The notes under the pieces were generated by a model, which saw nothing but the letters and a program-made list of their open reading frames with translations, ran no database searches and was not told the origin of the DNA. Position numbers and translations under genes: made by a program. From the NCBI GenBank assembly GCA_963735925.1, contig CAVTMT010000009.1, positions 283,767 to 347,766 on the forward strand: 64,000 nucleotides of DNA. The letters are read 5' to 3'. The stretch's first letter is position 1; each line of letters starts with the position of its first letter. Origin of the DNA: an uncultured bacterium. Its GTDB lineage: Bacteria > Verrucomicrobiota > Verrucomicrobiia > Limisphaerales > J093. Below, in pieces: positions 25,507-34,552 of this stretch.

Positions 25507-26469
25507 CTAGAAGTAACGGATGAACGACTTCTTCTTCAGTTGATCGATCCATTCCTTTTGCAGGCGGGACTGTTCCTGGGCTTGGAGCGTGCCCTCGATC
25601 GCACTCCGGACTTCCGGGAGGGTCTTGATATAGTTCGACTTCACATCCTCGACCAACAGCAGCCAGAACGTGTCGCCGACGGTAATGATGCCGCTGCGCT
25701 GGCCGGGTTTGAGGCCGAACGCCGCCTGGGCAAGCTCTGGTCGCAGGTCGCTGCGCTCGACCGAGCCGCGGTCACCGCCGCGGTTGCGGTACGTGTCCTC
25801 GGAATACACGCTCGCCATCAGCGAGAAGGAGGCCCCTTCGTCGAGCTTGGTTTCGATCTCGTGCGCCAATTCGAGCGCGGCCTCGTCGGACCGCGCGGGT
25901 TTGCCGCTGATCATGATGGCGCGCAGTTTGACCTGGTCCTTGATTTTGAATTCGTCCAGGTGCTCCGCGTAATACTTCTCGATCTTGTGCGGGGAGATGA
26001 CGATTTCCGAACTGATGTTCTTCGCGCGCATGGCGCCGATGATGAAGTCTTCGCGGATGCGGTTGCGGAAGGCCTCGCGCGTCATGCCCTGGCTTTGGAG
26101 CGTCTTGGTCATCGCCGCTTCGTCGCCGCCGTAACGCTCCCGGATGCGCTCCTTGACGCGGTCATCGACGATCGAATCGGGCAGATTGAAGCCGGCGCGG
26201 TCGAACTCGTGAAGGATCAGCTTGCGCTCGACGAGCTGTTCGATGCCGTCCTGCTTGGCCTGCTCGACCTTCTGGCGCAACACCTCGGGCTGGTCGGCGT
26301 ACGTGCGATAGAGCACCTCCATGGTGGGGCCCACGATGCTCATCACGTCTTTGTACGTGATCACATCCTGGTCCACGATGACCATGAGGCCGTTCAGCAT
26401 CTGGGGCTGCGCGGCCAGTGCGGAGCCCACACCGAGCACGGCCAGCCAACTTAACCAGCGACGCTTCAT
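25507..26469 (-). CDS. SurA-like periplasmic peptidyl-prolyl isomerase/chaperone
   Basis: Signal MKRRWLSWLAVLGVGSALAA, a SurA N-terminal-like region and one parvulin domain. It lies upstream of pdxA, as in the classical surA-pdxA arrangement. Confidence 0.85.
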   Translation of the reverse strand: MKRRWLSWLAVLGVGSALAAQPQMLNGLMVIVDQDVITYKDVMSIVGPTMEVLYRTYADQPEVLRQKVEQAKQDGIEQLVERKLILHEFDRAGFNLPDSIVDDRVKERIRERYGGDEAAMTKTLQSQGMTREAFRNRIREDFIIGAMRAKNISSEIVISPHKIEKYYAEHLDEFKIKDQVKLRAIMISGKPARSDEAALELAHEIETKLDEGASFSLMASVYSEDTYRNRGGDRGSVERSDLRPELAQAAFGLKPGQRSGIITVGDTFWLLLVEDVKSNYIKTLPEVRSAIEGTLQAQEQSRLQKEWIDQLKKKSFIRYF

Positions 26470-26624
26470 TGTGCGCGGAAGATAGGGCGAGGCACCAAGG
26501 CCGGTCAAGCGACCCGCGCGTTCGCGACCCGCGCGTTCGGTAGTGTCCTGACTTGGTGGCGGCGGTGCTGCCGCACCGCCGTGCGCCGCCGCAGCGGCGC
26601 AGCCACCGGTTTGAAATCAGGACC

Positions 26625-27545
26625 CTACCCCGCGGGGGGCGCGGTCCGGCGGGCCGCCGGCACCAGGACGCGCAAGGCCTCGCGCTGCACCGTGAACACC
26701 GCCGGCAGGTGCCCCGCGTTGTCGCCGTCCAACTCCAGCGGCATCGGCGCGTCGCACGCCAGCCCGACGCGCCCGCTTTGCAGGGTGTCCGCCGCCGCCG
26801 CGCCCAGCGGTCGCCGGGCCAGCCAGCCCCAGGCGAATCGCGACAACGTCAGCAGGGTGACCCGTCGGAAGACGCGCACTTCCAGGCGGCCATCGCGCAA
26901 GTCCGCCTGCGGAAACATTCGCACCTCCCCGCCGTAAAGCCGCCCGTTGCCCAACAGCACCAGCACGCCATCCGTGTCTCGGCCGTCGGCGGACACCCGC
27001 ACGCGCGGCTGCGGACCGCGCATCGCCTGGATGCCGGCCACGGCGTAAGCCAGCGGGCCGAGGCGCTGTTTCCATTGCCAGTCCACGGCGTCGATGGCCC
27101 GCGAATCCAGACCCGCGCCGGCCAGTTGAACGAAGTGCTTGGTCTGACGGCAGCCCTTGACGGTGAGTTCGACCTGCGGCAGGTCCACGCGGGTTTCGTC
27201 GCCTTGCAGGATGGTCTGCCAGGCCGCCGGCAGCGAGCGCGGCAACCCGAGTTCGCGGGCGAAGACATTCATCGTGCCGAGCGGAATCACGCCCAACCGG
27301 ACCGCCTCGAGGGCACCCGGCACCGTGGCCAGGCCGTGCGCCACTTCGTTGACCGTGCCGTCGCCGCCCGCGGCGATCACCGTGTCGAACCCGTCGCGGC
27401 AGGCCTGGGCGGCGAGGGCGGCGGCGGTGTCGGGGCCGGGCGTGGGGAGGAGGCGGCATTGACCGGCCACGCCCTGCAGGAGCGCCCGCAGACGGTGCGC
27501 CTTGTTGCCCCGCGCGGTGGGGTTGAAAACGATGCAGGCGCGCAT
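26625..27545 (-). CDS. diacylglycerol-kinase-family lipid kinase (YegS/BmrU-like)
   Basis: IVFNPTARGNKA..VIAAGGDGTVNEV..GVIPLGTMNVFAREL motifs. Confidence 0.88.
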   Translation of the reverse strand: MRACIVFNPTARGNKAHRLRALLQGVAGQCRLLPTPGPDTAAALAAQACRDGFDTVIAAGGDGTVNEVAHGLATVPGALEAVRLGVIPLGTMNVFARELGLPRSLPAAWQTILQGDETRVDLPQVELTVKGCRQTKHFVQLAGAGLDSRAIDAVDWQWKQRLGPLAYAVAGIQAMRGPQPRVRVSADGRDTDGVLVLLGNGRLYGGEVRMFPQADLRDGRLEVRVFRRVTLLTLSRFAWGWLARRPLGAAAADTLQSGRVGLACDAPMPLELDGDNAGHLPAVFTVQREALRVLVPAARRTAPPAG

Positions 27546-27548
27546 GAA

Positions 27549-28340
27549 TCACGCCGGCGGTCGCCGATGCACCTTGTGGACCGAGGCCTGGTCGGTGCAT
27601 TTGATCACCAACTCGTCCACGCACACGTGCGGCGGCCGGCTCGCCACCCAGACGATGGCCTCCGCCACGTCCTCCGCGGTCAACGGCTGCACGCCTTCAT
27701 AGACCTTGGCCGCGCGGGCGCGATCGCCTTTGAAGCGCACCAGCGAAAACTCCGTTTCCGCCAGTCCGGGATCGACCGTGGCCACGCGCAGGCCGGTGCC
27801 CAACAGCTCCAACCGCAACGCCCGCGTGATCTGCAGCACGCCGGCCTTCGCCGCGCAATAAGCCGCCCCGCCTTCGTACGCCTCCCGGGCCGCCACCGAA
27901 CCGAGGTTGATCACGATGCCGCCGGGATGCGGTTTCATCAGCGGGAGCACCGCGCGCGTCACCCGCAGCGTGCCCAGAACGTTCGACTGGAACATCGCCT
28001 CCCAATCGCCGTCGCGTCCGTGCTCGACGGGATCCAGGCCGTGCGCGCCCCCGGCATTGTTCACCAGCACATCCACCCGGCCGGTCTGGGTGCGGACCCA
28101 CTCCACGAAGCCCGTGACGCTGGCGGTCTGGGCGACATCGAGCGCGTGGAAAAGCGCCTGGGGAGCGCCGGCGTCGCGGGCGGTCATCGCGACGGCCTCG
28201 AGTTTGTCGAGCCGCCGCGCGCCCAGCAACAACCGGGCCCCGGCCGCGGCGAAAGCCCGGGCCGCCGCCGCGCCGAAGCCCGACGAGGCGCCGGTGATGA
28301 TCACCCATCGATCGGCCAGACGTGAGGACATGGGAGGCAT
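27549..28340 (-). CDS. short-chain dehydrogenase/reductase
   Basis: TGASSGFG, NNAG and the YCAAK catalytic motif. An alternative start lies 3 codons downstream. Confidence 0.9.
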   Translation of the reverse strand: MPPMSSRLADRWVIITGASSGFGAAAARAFAAAGARLLLGARRLDKLEAVAMTARDAGAPQALFHALDVAQTASVTGFVEWVRTQTGRVDVLVNNAGGAHGLDPVEHGRDGDWEAMFQSNVLGTLRVTRAVLPLMKPHPGGIVINLGSVAAREAYEGGAAYCAAKAGVLQITRALRLELLGTGLRVATVDPGLAETEFSLVRFKGDRARAAKVYEGVQPLTAEDVAEAIVWVASRPPHVCVDELVIKCTDQASVHKVHRRPPA

Positions 28341-28405
28341 AAGGCAAACGCACGGACTGCAATCTCGGACGCCGTTCGGGCGAAGCTCAACTCAGCCCGG
28401 ACAGA

Positions 28406-28897
28406 TTACTCGACCCCTCCGTGCTGGCGAAGCAAATCGGCGACGGCCGGCTGATGCCACTGTTCGGCCCGACCGAGCGGCGTACGATGCGCGTCGTCCC
28501 GCGCATTCACCTTGGCCCCCTTGGCCAACAACATCGCCACGGCGTCGGTGCAGCCTTCCTGGGCCGCCAGGTGCAGCGGCGTGGCCCCGCCCGTGGCCTT
28601 GACGTTCAACGCCGCGCCCTTCTCGAGCAGGAGCGCCACGACATTCGTGTGACAATGGGCCGCAGCGATGTGCAACGCGGTCTGTCCGTTGTCGTCCGTT
28701 CGATTCAGTTCGCCGGGATGCACCGCGAGTTCCGCGGCCACCTTCTCTGCATCCCCGCTTTTGGCGTACTGATGGATGAGACCGTATTTGCTGGGATGGT
28801 GAAACAGGGAGCACCCCAGATTCGACCAGAGCAGGAGCGCCGCGAGCGTCACGGCGGGCAGAGGCAGTATGCGGATCGCTTTCATGGCAAGTGGCAC
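28406..28897 (-). CDS. ankyrin-repeat lipoprotein
   Basis: Lipobox-like LWSNLGC, then three ankyrin repeats (GQTALHIAAAHCHTNVVALLLEKGA, GATPLHLAAQEGCTDAVAMLLAKGA). Confidence 0.85.
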   Translation of the reverse strand: MPLAMKAIRILPLPAVTLAALLLWSNLGCSLFHHPSKYGLIHQYAKSGDAEKVAAELAVHPGELNRTDDNGQTALHIAAAHCHTNVVALLLEKGAALNVKATGGATPLHLAAQEGCTDAVAMLLAKGAKVNARDDAHRTPLGRAEQWHQPAVADLLRQHGGVE

Positions 28898-28932
28898 GGC
28901 GGGGAGTTGATCGGGAGAACCGGCAGGACGCC

Positions 28933-30330
28933 TTAAAGTCCGCGGAGCAACGGGCCGAACTTGGGATGGTCCGCCCCCGCGCCGTCCTGTTTCATGTTGG
29001 TGAGGGCATCCCGGAAGGCCCGTTGCAGCGGGGTGATCGGCGGCGGCGCGATCAAACCCGGCGCCGGAGCAGGCCGGCGAGCCAGGTAATTCTGCAGCGA
29101 GGGCGCGGCCGGCACGTCCGGTCGCGGGGCGTCCAAATTGAACACCCGCGAGAGGCTCTCGACGGGCCGCGCATCCACCACCGGGGAGTACGAGCCGTTC
29201 GCGCCGAAGCGTTCGCCCAGCAACTTGAGCACCGAAATGTGGTCCAGCAACGCCTGGCTCACCGTGCGCGGTTGCACGAAAGGCGACACCACGAACGTCG
29301 GGGTGCGCACGCCCAGCGAGGTGAACGGCGTGTAGTTCGCGCCGGCCGGCGGATCGGTCGGGATGAGTGGCGGAGACACGTGATCGAAGAAGCCGCCGTG
29401 TTCGTCATAGTTGACGATGAGCGCCGCGCCGCGCCAGAAGGATGGGCTGGCCGTGAGGGCGTTGTACACCTGCATCAGGAACTCCTGGCCGGTGCTGACG
29501 CCGGCGGGGGCATGATCGTCGCTCGCCGGGCCGATGTGCGGCGCGTCCTGATACGTCGGCTCCACGAAGACCACCTGCGGCAGGTCGTCGGGCGGCGTGT
29601 TGAGCAGGTCCGGTCCGAGTTCGGTGAACAGGCGGAAATGCTCCCGGTCGCCCAGAATCGCCGGAATCCATTTCGGCATGAGCGCGAGGAACGGGATGCC
29701 TTCATGGTAAACGCGCCACTTCACGCCCCGATCCGCGAGCCAGTCGTAAATCACCGGTTGGTCCGGCAACGGGGTCTGGTTCGCCTCGGTCGAGGTGAAG
29801 CCGCTCAGCGACATCAGCCGGTTGGGCTGGGTCCCCGCCGGCAGGGAGCAGAAGTAGCGGTTGCAGAGGGCGAAATTCTCCGCGAAGAAGTGGTTCGTCG
29901 GCACCTGCGCGGCGCCAAAGTAGCTCAGCGCCAGACGCCGCACCTCGGGATCGGCGGATACGCTCGCCGGGATCGCGCTCAGGAAGCCGTCCATGGCATA
30001 GGCGCCCGCCTGGAAGGCGCCGAGATCGACCGCCACCGCGCTGCGCTCGTGCGGCGGATCGAAATCGTCCGGCAACGTGTGGGGGTTAGTCGAGAGGAAC
30101 GGCTGGTAGGGCTGGCCGTGGTCGAGGTTGGTGTACCGGGCCAGCCACGCCGGGTCCAGGCTTTGTCCATCCACGCCGGGCCGACTGAAGGGCGGCAGAC
30201 TCAGGTAGCCCAGCATGTGATCGAAGGAGCGGTTTTCCATCATGACCAGCACGATGGTTCGTAGCTTGTCCAGGTTGGCCATGTCGTCGTCTCGTGTCGT
30301 TGGTCGCTCCGCCATACACTCGGGTTCCAT
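28933..30330 (-). CDS. phosphoesterase-family protein (phospholipase C / acid phosphatase type)
   Basis: IVLVMMENRSFDHMLGYL signature near the N-terminus and DEHGGFFDHV later. Start uncertain (ATG at 30330, 30315 or 30282). Confidence 0.85.
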   Translation of the reverse strand: MEPECMAERPTTRDDDMANLDKLRTIVLVMMENRSFDHMLGYLSLPPFSRPGVDGQSLDPAWLARYTNLDHGQPYQPFLSTNPHTLPDDFDPPHERSAVAVDLGAFQAGAYAMDGFLSAIPASVSADPEVRRLALSYFGAAQVPTNHFFAENFALCNRYFCSLPAGTQPNRLMSLSGFTSTEANQTPLPDQPVIYDWLADRGVKWRVYHEGIPFLALMPKWIPAILGDREHFRLFTELGPDLLNTPPDDLPQVVFVEPTYQDAPHIGPASDDHAPAGVSTGQEFLMQVYNALTASPSFWRGAALIVNYDEHGGFFDHVSPPLIPTDPPAGANYTPFTSLGVRTPTFVVSPFVQPRTVSQALLDHISVLKLLGERFGANGSYSPVVDARPVESLSRVFNLDAPRPDVPAAPSLQNYLARRPAPAPGLIAPPPITPLQRAFRDALTNMKQDGAGADHPKFGPLLRGL

Positions 30331-30513
30331 GGCGGGAGCAGCCGCCCCCAAAATCGTCTTCGGTTCCGGTCTGTCAAATGGAGGCACCCGCCGTCGGTTG
30401 ATGCTCCGGTCAGACCACGGGCCCTGGCGGGAGTTCGAGGCTTGGCGGCTCGAGACACGCCGCCTCATCGGGCGGGCGGAGCCACCCTCCGCCGTTGAGC
30501 GGTTCTTCGCCGG

Positions 30514-32866
30514 TTACCAGACTCGGAGCGCGCTCGGACCCGTGGGCGGATCGGCGAACGGACCCGGCGCGGGACGCACTTCACTGCGTGGCTTGCCGAA
30601 GTAATCCGTGTCCAGCGTCAGCGGCGAACCGTCGGCATTTTCGTAAGGCAATCCCGGAATCTTCGCCTTGCCCAGCAGCGCGGTCGTGACGAGCGCCGTG
30701 TGGGCCTGCTTCAACTCGGGCCCGAGGTCGAGGTGGAGCAGGAACCGGCCGTCCTGTTGCACGAGTTTCACCTGGGGATCCCTGGCCGCCAGCACGAGGG
30801 CGTTCGTCTCCTGTCTGCCGGGTTCTGCCCCGTGGTAATAGACGTTGCCGCCCGTTTGCAGCGGGAACTCGCGGCGTATCGTACCCCCACAATCCAGCAC
30901 TGCTGATCCACTCGAGGTTCTTCCCCGTGGGGCGGTTCGCGGGCGAGGCCGGTTCGCCATTGCCGACGAAGAGGTTGTTGTAGAAGCGGTCGTCGCCGCC
31001 CTTGATGTTGACCAGGCCGGCGACGGTCGTGGAGTGCGCGGGATGGTAGGGCGTTTCGCGACTGGGCTCCGGCCGGTTGGTGATCTTTCCGGCAAACAGA
31101 TTGTGCGCGTAGGCCCCGCCCTCCGACATGTCCAGCAGGCTCGTCGGCGGAGAGGAACAGGTTGTTGTCCACCAGGAACGGCCCGTGGTCCACCTCGACG
31201 AACAAATCCTGGCCGGCGTTGTCGTGGAAGAGGTTGCCGGAGACGCGCGTGCCCTGCGCCATCCAGTCCAGCCAGAGTCCCCGGCAGGTCCGGTAGATGT
31301 GATTGCCGCGGATGTCGGCGTCAATGGCGGCGTGGAACTTGATGCCCGCCATCTCCGCGCCGCGAGAACAGCCGCCGGACGTGGATGTCGTGGATGGTGT
31401 TGCCGGTGACGGTGCTGAACGCGGCGCCCAGGCTGCCGACGATGCCCGCCTGTTCGCAGTGCGAGATGGTGTTGTTGCGGACGAGGTGGTGGCCGATGTT
31501 TTCCTTGGTCCAGGCGATGGCATGGGCGTGGGCGCGCTCGATGGTCTTGACGTAGCCCTCGGCGGTGTTGGCCGAGGTGTTGTCACACTGGTCGCCGTAT
31601 TTGCCGAGCGCGATGCCGGAGCAGACCGAGTGGCTGATCGACGTTGTTCTCGATGATCCAGCCCTTGCTCCAGTGCGTGCCGATCAGGCCGATCTGCTCC
31701 GCCGTCGGCGGCGCCCAGGGCGTGGCGGCGTGGCGCAGCGTGAAGCCGCGCACGGTGATGTAGTTCCGGCCCGGCTGGTCCGGATAGAACACGGTCCGGC
31801 GCACGTTGATCTCGACCAGTTGCTCGTTCGGGATTGACGCCCTGGAACTGCGCCCAGATCGTGGTGTTCGTCGCGTCCACCTGGGCGAACCACAGCCGCG
31901 GATTCAACGCGGACGGCCGCGGCGCCCGGAACACCAGGCAAAGCGTCTTGACTCCCGCTCACCGGCTTGATTCGGATTGGGAACGAAGACCACGACTGCC
32001 AGCCGCCAGTGTTCGGGACTGGGACACGTGCCGAGCAGTTCGCCGTCCGGGGAATCCAGCCGCATTTCAATGATCCCACCTTCCGTGGCCGACGCCGCCC
32101 GAATCTCGATCTGTTCGGTGCGCTGGCCGAAATCGATCCCGCTCGTAGCGAACCCAGTCGCCCGTGCTGCGATGAAGCCAAGCACTCGCCGCCCTCGGAA
32201 CACGGCGCGTTCTGCGTGCCGTTCTTGGCGGCAAAGCGGGTCGCCGGAATCCGTCCGGCATCGCCGGCTCCGTCGCCGGCCGCAGCCAGGCCACGTTCAG
32301 CAGGTAGTCCTGGCCGGCCCGGGTGAGCCACGCCGGCGCGGCGCCGGCCGGCAGCAGCACTTCGTCCAGCTTGGCCGCCTCGATCAGCCAGTCGCCGTTC
32401 AGATAGACCGCGCCGGTGTGATGATCGCGGCCCTTGCGATCGAACCAGTCGCCGTGAATCAGGTCGCGTAGGGATTGAAGTCGCCGAAGAAAGAATTGGG
32501 CAGCGTCACTTTCCAGACCTCGTCCTGGACCTTGGTCCAGCCCCGGATGACCTCCGAACCTTTGATCTCGACCGGTTCACCGTCTGCCGCCTGATAGACG
32601 ATGCGCCGGGCGTCGGATTCGCCGCCGCGCGGCGGATTGATGCGCTCGCGGTAGGTGCCGTCGTGGACCGTGATGACATCGCCCGGTTGCGCGGCGTCGG
32701 CGGCGCGCTGAATGGTGCGCCACGGGGCCGCCTGCGTTCCCGGATTGGTGTCGTTGCCGGTGGGGGCCACGTGAAACTCGGTGGCCTGGGCCAGGGCGCC
32801 GAGCAGGCCGGGCAGCAGCCACCGGGAGGCGGTTCTGAGAAGTCTCGCTGTGGGGTTCGCGTTCAT
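30514..32866 (-). pseudogene. right-handed beta-helix protein with CBM6-like insert, disrupted by multiple frameshifts
   Basis: Signal plus DUF1565-like start (FHVAPTGNDTNPGTQAAPWRTIQRAADAAQPGDVITVHDGTYRE) in one frame. It then continues as recognisable protein across all three frames: DLIHGDWFDRKGRDHHTGAVYLNGDW; GIIEMRLDSPDGELLGTCP / VPNTGGWQSW; [63 protein letters not shown]; [42 protein letters not shown]; [19 protein letters not shown]; [18 protein letters not shown]. Confidence 0.75.
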
Positions 32867-32953
32867 AGATGATCTTCCGTAAATCAGGTCTGGCGCTCCC
32901 CCGGCATTCGCAGGATCGGGCCATTCGGTCAAGTGCAAGTGCGGCCGCCGCGT

Positions 32954-32974
32954 GTTCGCCGGGTGGCGGCGAAC
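32954..32974. terminator. GC-rich hairpin downstream of the acetyltransferase gene (8-bp stem GTTCGCCG/CGGCGAAC, 5-nt loop)
   Basis: Perfect inverted repeat read directly. There is no U-tract, so a terminator role is tentative. Confidence 0.3.
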
Positions 32975-33062
32975 CGGCATCTCCCAGCCTCAAACCCCGC
33001 GGCTGGCTTGAAGGAGGGCGAGCGAAACGAGCGCGGGCCGGCCGATCCCCTCCGGGCAGGCT

Positions 33063-33635
33063 TCAGGCCGCCTCATTCCAACCCGCCTCGGGGTCCCAAT
33101 CCTGGCGCAGGATCGCGAGCAGGACCACGTCTTCGAAGACGCCCCACTTGCGGACGCGCTGCCGCAGCAGGCCTTCGGGCTGGAAACCCGCCTTGGTCAG
33201 CACGCGGCCCGACGCCGGATTGCGCGTCAGGTGGTGCGCGTGGATGCGGTTCAACCCGAGCTGTCCAAATCCGTAATCCACGACCGCGCGCGTGGCTTCG
33301 AGCGCATAACCGCGCCCCCACCACGGCAGCCCGATCCACAGGCCCAGCTCCGCCTGGAGATGCTCGCGGTCGAGATCGCGGAGGCCGATCCCGCCGATCA
33401 GCGCCGGGTCGGATTTGAACTGCACCGCAAACGCCACCGCCAGGTCCGCCGCGAACGCGCGCGCCTGCTCGGCGATCCAGCGTTCCGCCAGCCCCTCCGG
33501 ATACGGGTGCGGGATCGAGATGGTGGTGTCGGCGATTTCGCGCGCGCCGGCCAGTTCGCGCAGACGCGGAGCGTCCGTCGGAGCGAAGGGCCGCAGGCGC
33601 AGGCGCGAGGTGTCGAGGATCGGTTGAGCGTTCAT
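33063..33635 (-). CDS. GNAT-family N-acetyltransferase (RimJ/RimL-like)
   Basis: TSRLRLRPFAPTDAPRL start and the WWGRGYALEA..FG..LGLNRIHAH core. Confidence 0.88.
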   Translation of the reverse strand: MNAQPILDTSRLRLRPFAPTDAPRLRELAGAREIADTTISIPHPYPEGLAERWIAEQARAFAADLAVAFAVQFKSDPALIGGIGLRDLDREHLQAELGLWIGLPWWGRGYALEATRAVVDYGFGQLGLNRIHAHHLTRNPASGRVLTKAGFQPEGLLRQRVRKWGVFEDVVLLAILRQDWDPEAGWNEAA

Positions 33636-33654
33636 GGGGGGAGCGGCGCCGGGG

Positions 33655-34380
33655 TTACCAGAATTGCCAGGCGCCTTTCCAGGCCACCCAGACCCCCAGC
33701 AGGAAATTCGTGATCGCGTGGGCGGTGAGGACGTCGCCGAGGCGTTGCTTGTGGATCATCAATCCCAGGTAAGCCAGGCCGCACAGGATGCCGGCAAGCC
33801 ACTGCGAATGAATCAGCCCGAACACCACCGAGGTAACCACCAACGGCGTCCAGGCCAGCGTGCCGAAAGGGACCGCGGTGAAGTCCGCCTGGATCAAGTA
33901 CCGGTACAGGAACGACCGGAAGAAGGCCTCCTCGAGCGGCGGCACCACCAGCGTGGAACCCGCGAGGCGGACGACGACGAAGAGCCAGCCCAAGGCGCTG
34001 CCGGCGCCGAATTGAGCGAACGGATTCCACAGCGGCGGGGCGACCTGGGCCGCCTCCTTGGGCGCGCTCAGACCGAACTTGACCGACAGTTCGCCCAGCC
34101 GCGGATAATAAGGATCGAGCCCGACCCACAGCACGCAAACCCCCACCCCCACGGCGACCGCCTCCCAACTCACCCGCCAGCGCGCCTCGGTGACGAACGG
34201 CCGGGCGAGCCAGACCAGCCAGACGCCCACCAGGGTTTTGGCCAGGTACATCCAATACTCCGACCCCGTCCCCAGCTTGCCTTGCAGCGAAGTGAGGGCG
34301 ACGAAGATGAGGTAAGGCAGAAACCGCGCCATCAATGGTGAGGCGGCGAACTGGTCCTTGAGCAGCTTCATCGTGCGCAT
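33655..34380 (-). CDS. CPBP-family intramembrane glutamic protease (CAAX/Abi-like)
   Basis: Three hallmark motifs: EEAFFRS, FGLIH and HAITN. Start chosen at MRTMKLL. Confidence 0.85.
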   Translation of the reverse strand: MRTMKLLKDQFAASPLMARFLPYLIFVALTSLQGKLGTGSEYWMYLAKTLVGVWLVWLARPFVTEARWRVSWEAVAVGVGVCVLWVGLDPYYPRLGELSVKFGLSAPKEAAQVAPPLWNPFAQFGAGSALGWLFVVVRLAGSTLVVPPLEEAFFRSFLYRYLIQADFTAVPFGTLAWTPLVVTSVVFGLIHSQWLAGILCGLAYLGLMIHKQRLGDVLTAHAITNFLLGVWVAWKGAWQFW

Positions 34381-34407
34381 TCCAGCCGAACCGGCACCCC
34401 GCGCAAG

Positions 34408-34432
34408 GCGGAAGTGAAGCGGAAGTGAAGCG
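34408..34432. repeat. tandem duplication 11 bp x 2 plus 3 bp (GCGGAAGTGAA)
   Basis: Read directly, immediately upstream of the CPBP gene start. Confidence 0.85.
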
Positions 34433-34552
34433 ACGTCCGCCGCGGGCCTTGAGCGCAACCGGGCAGATCCTGGAAACCGGTTGTGCACCGCGTCGTCAGG
34501 GAACCCCGTTTTTTCACGTGCGTTCGGAGCGGCTCCCGATTAGGTTCAGGCC

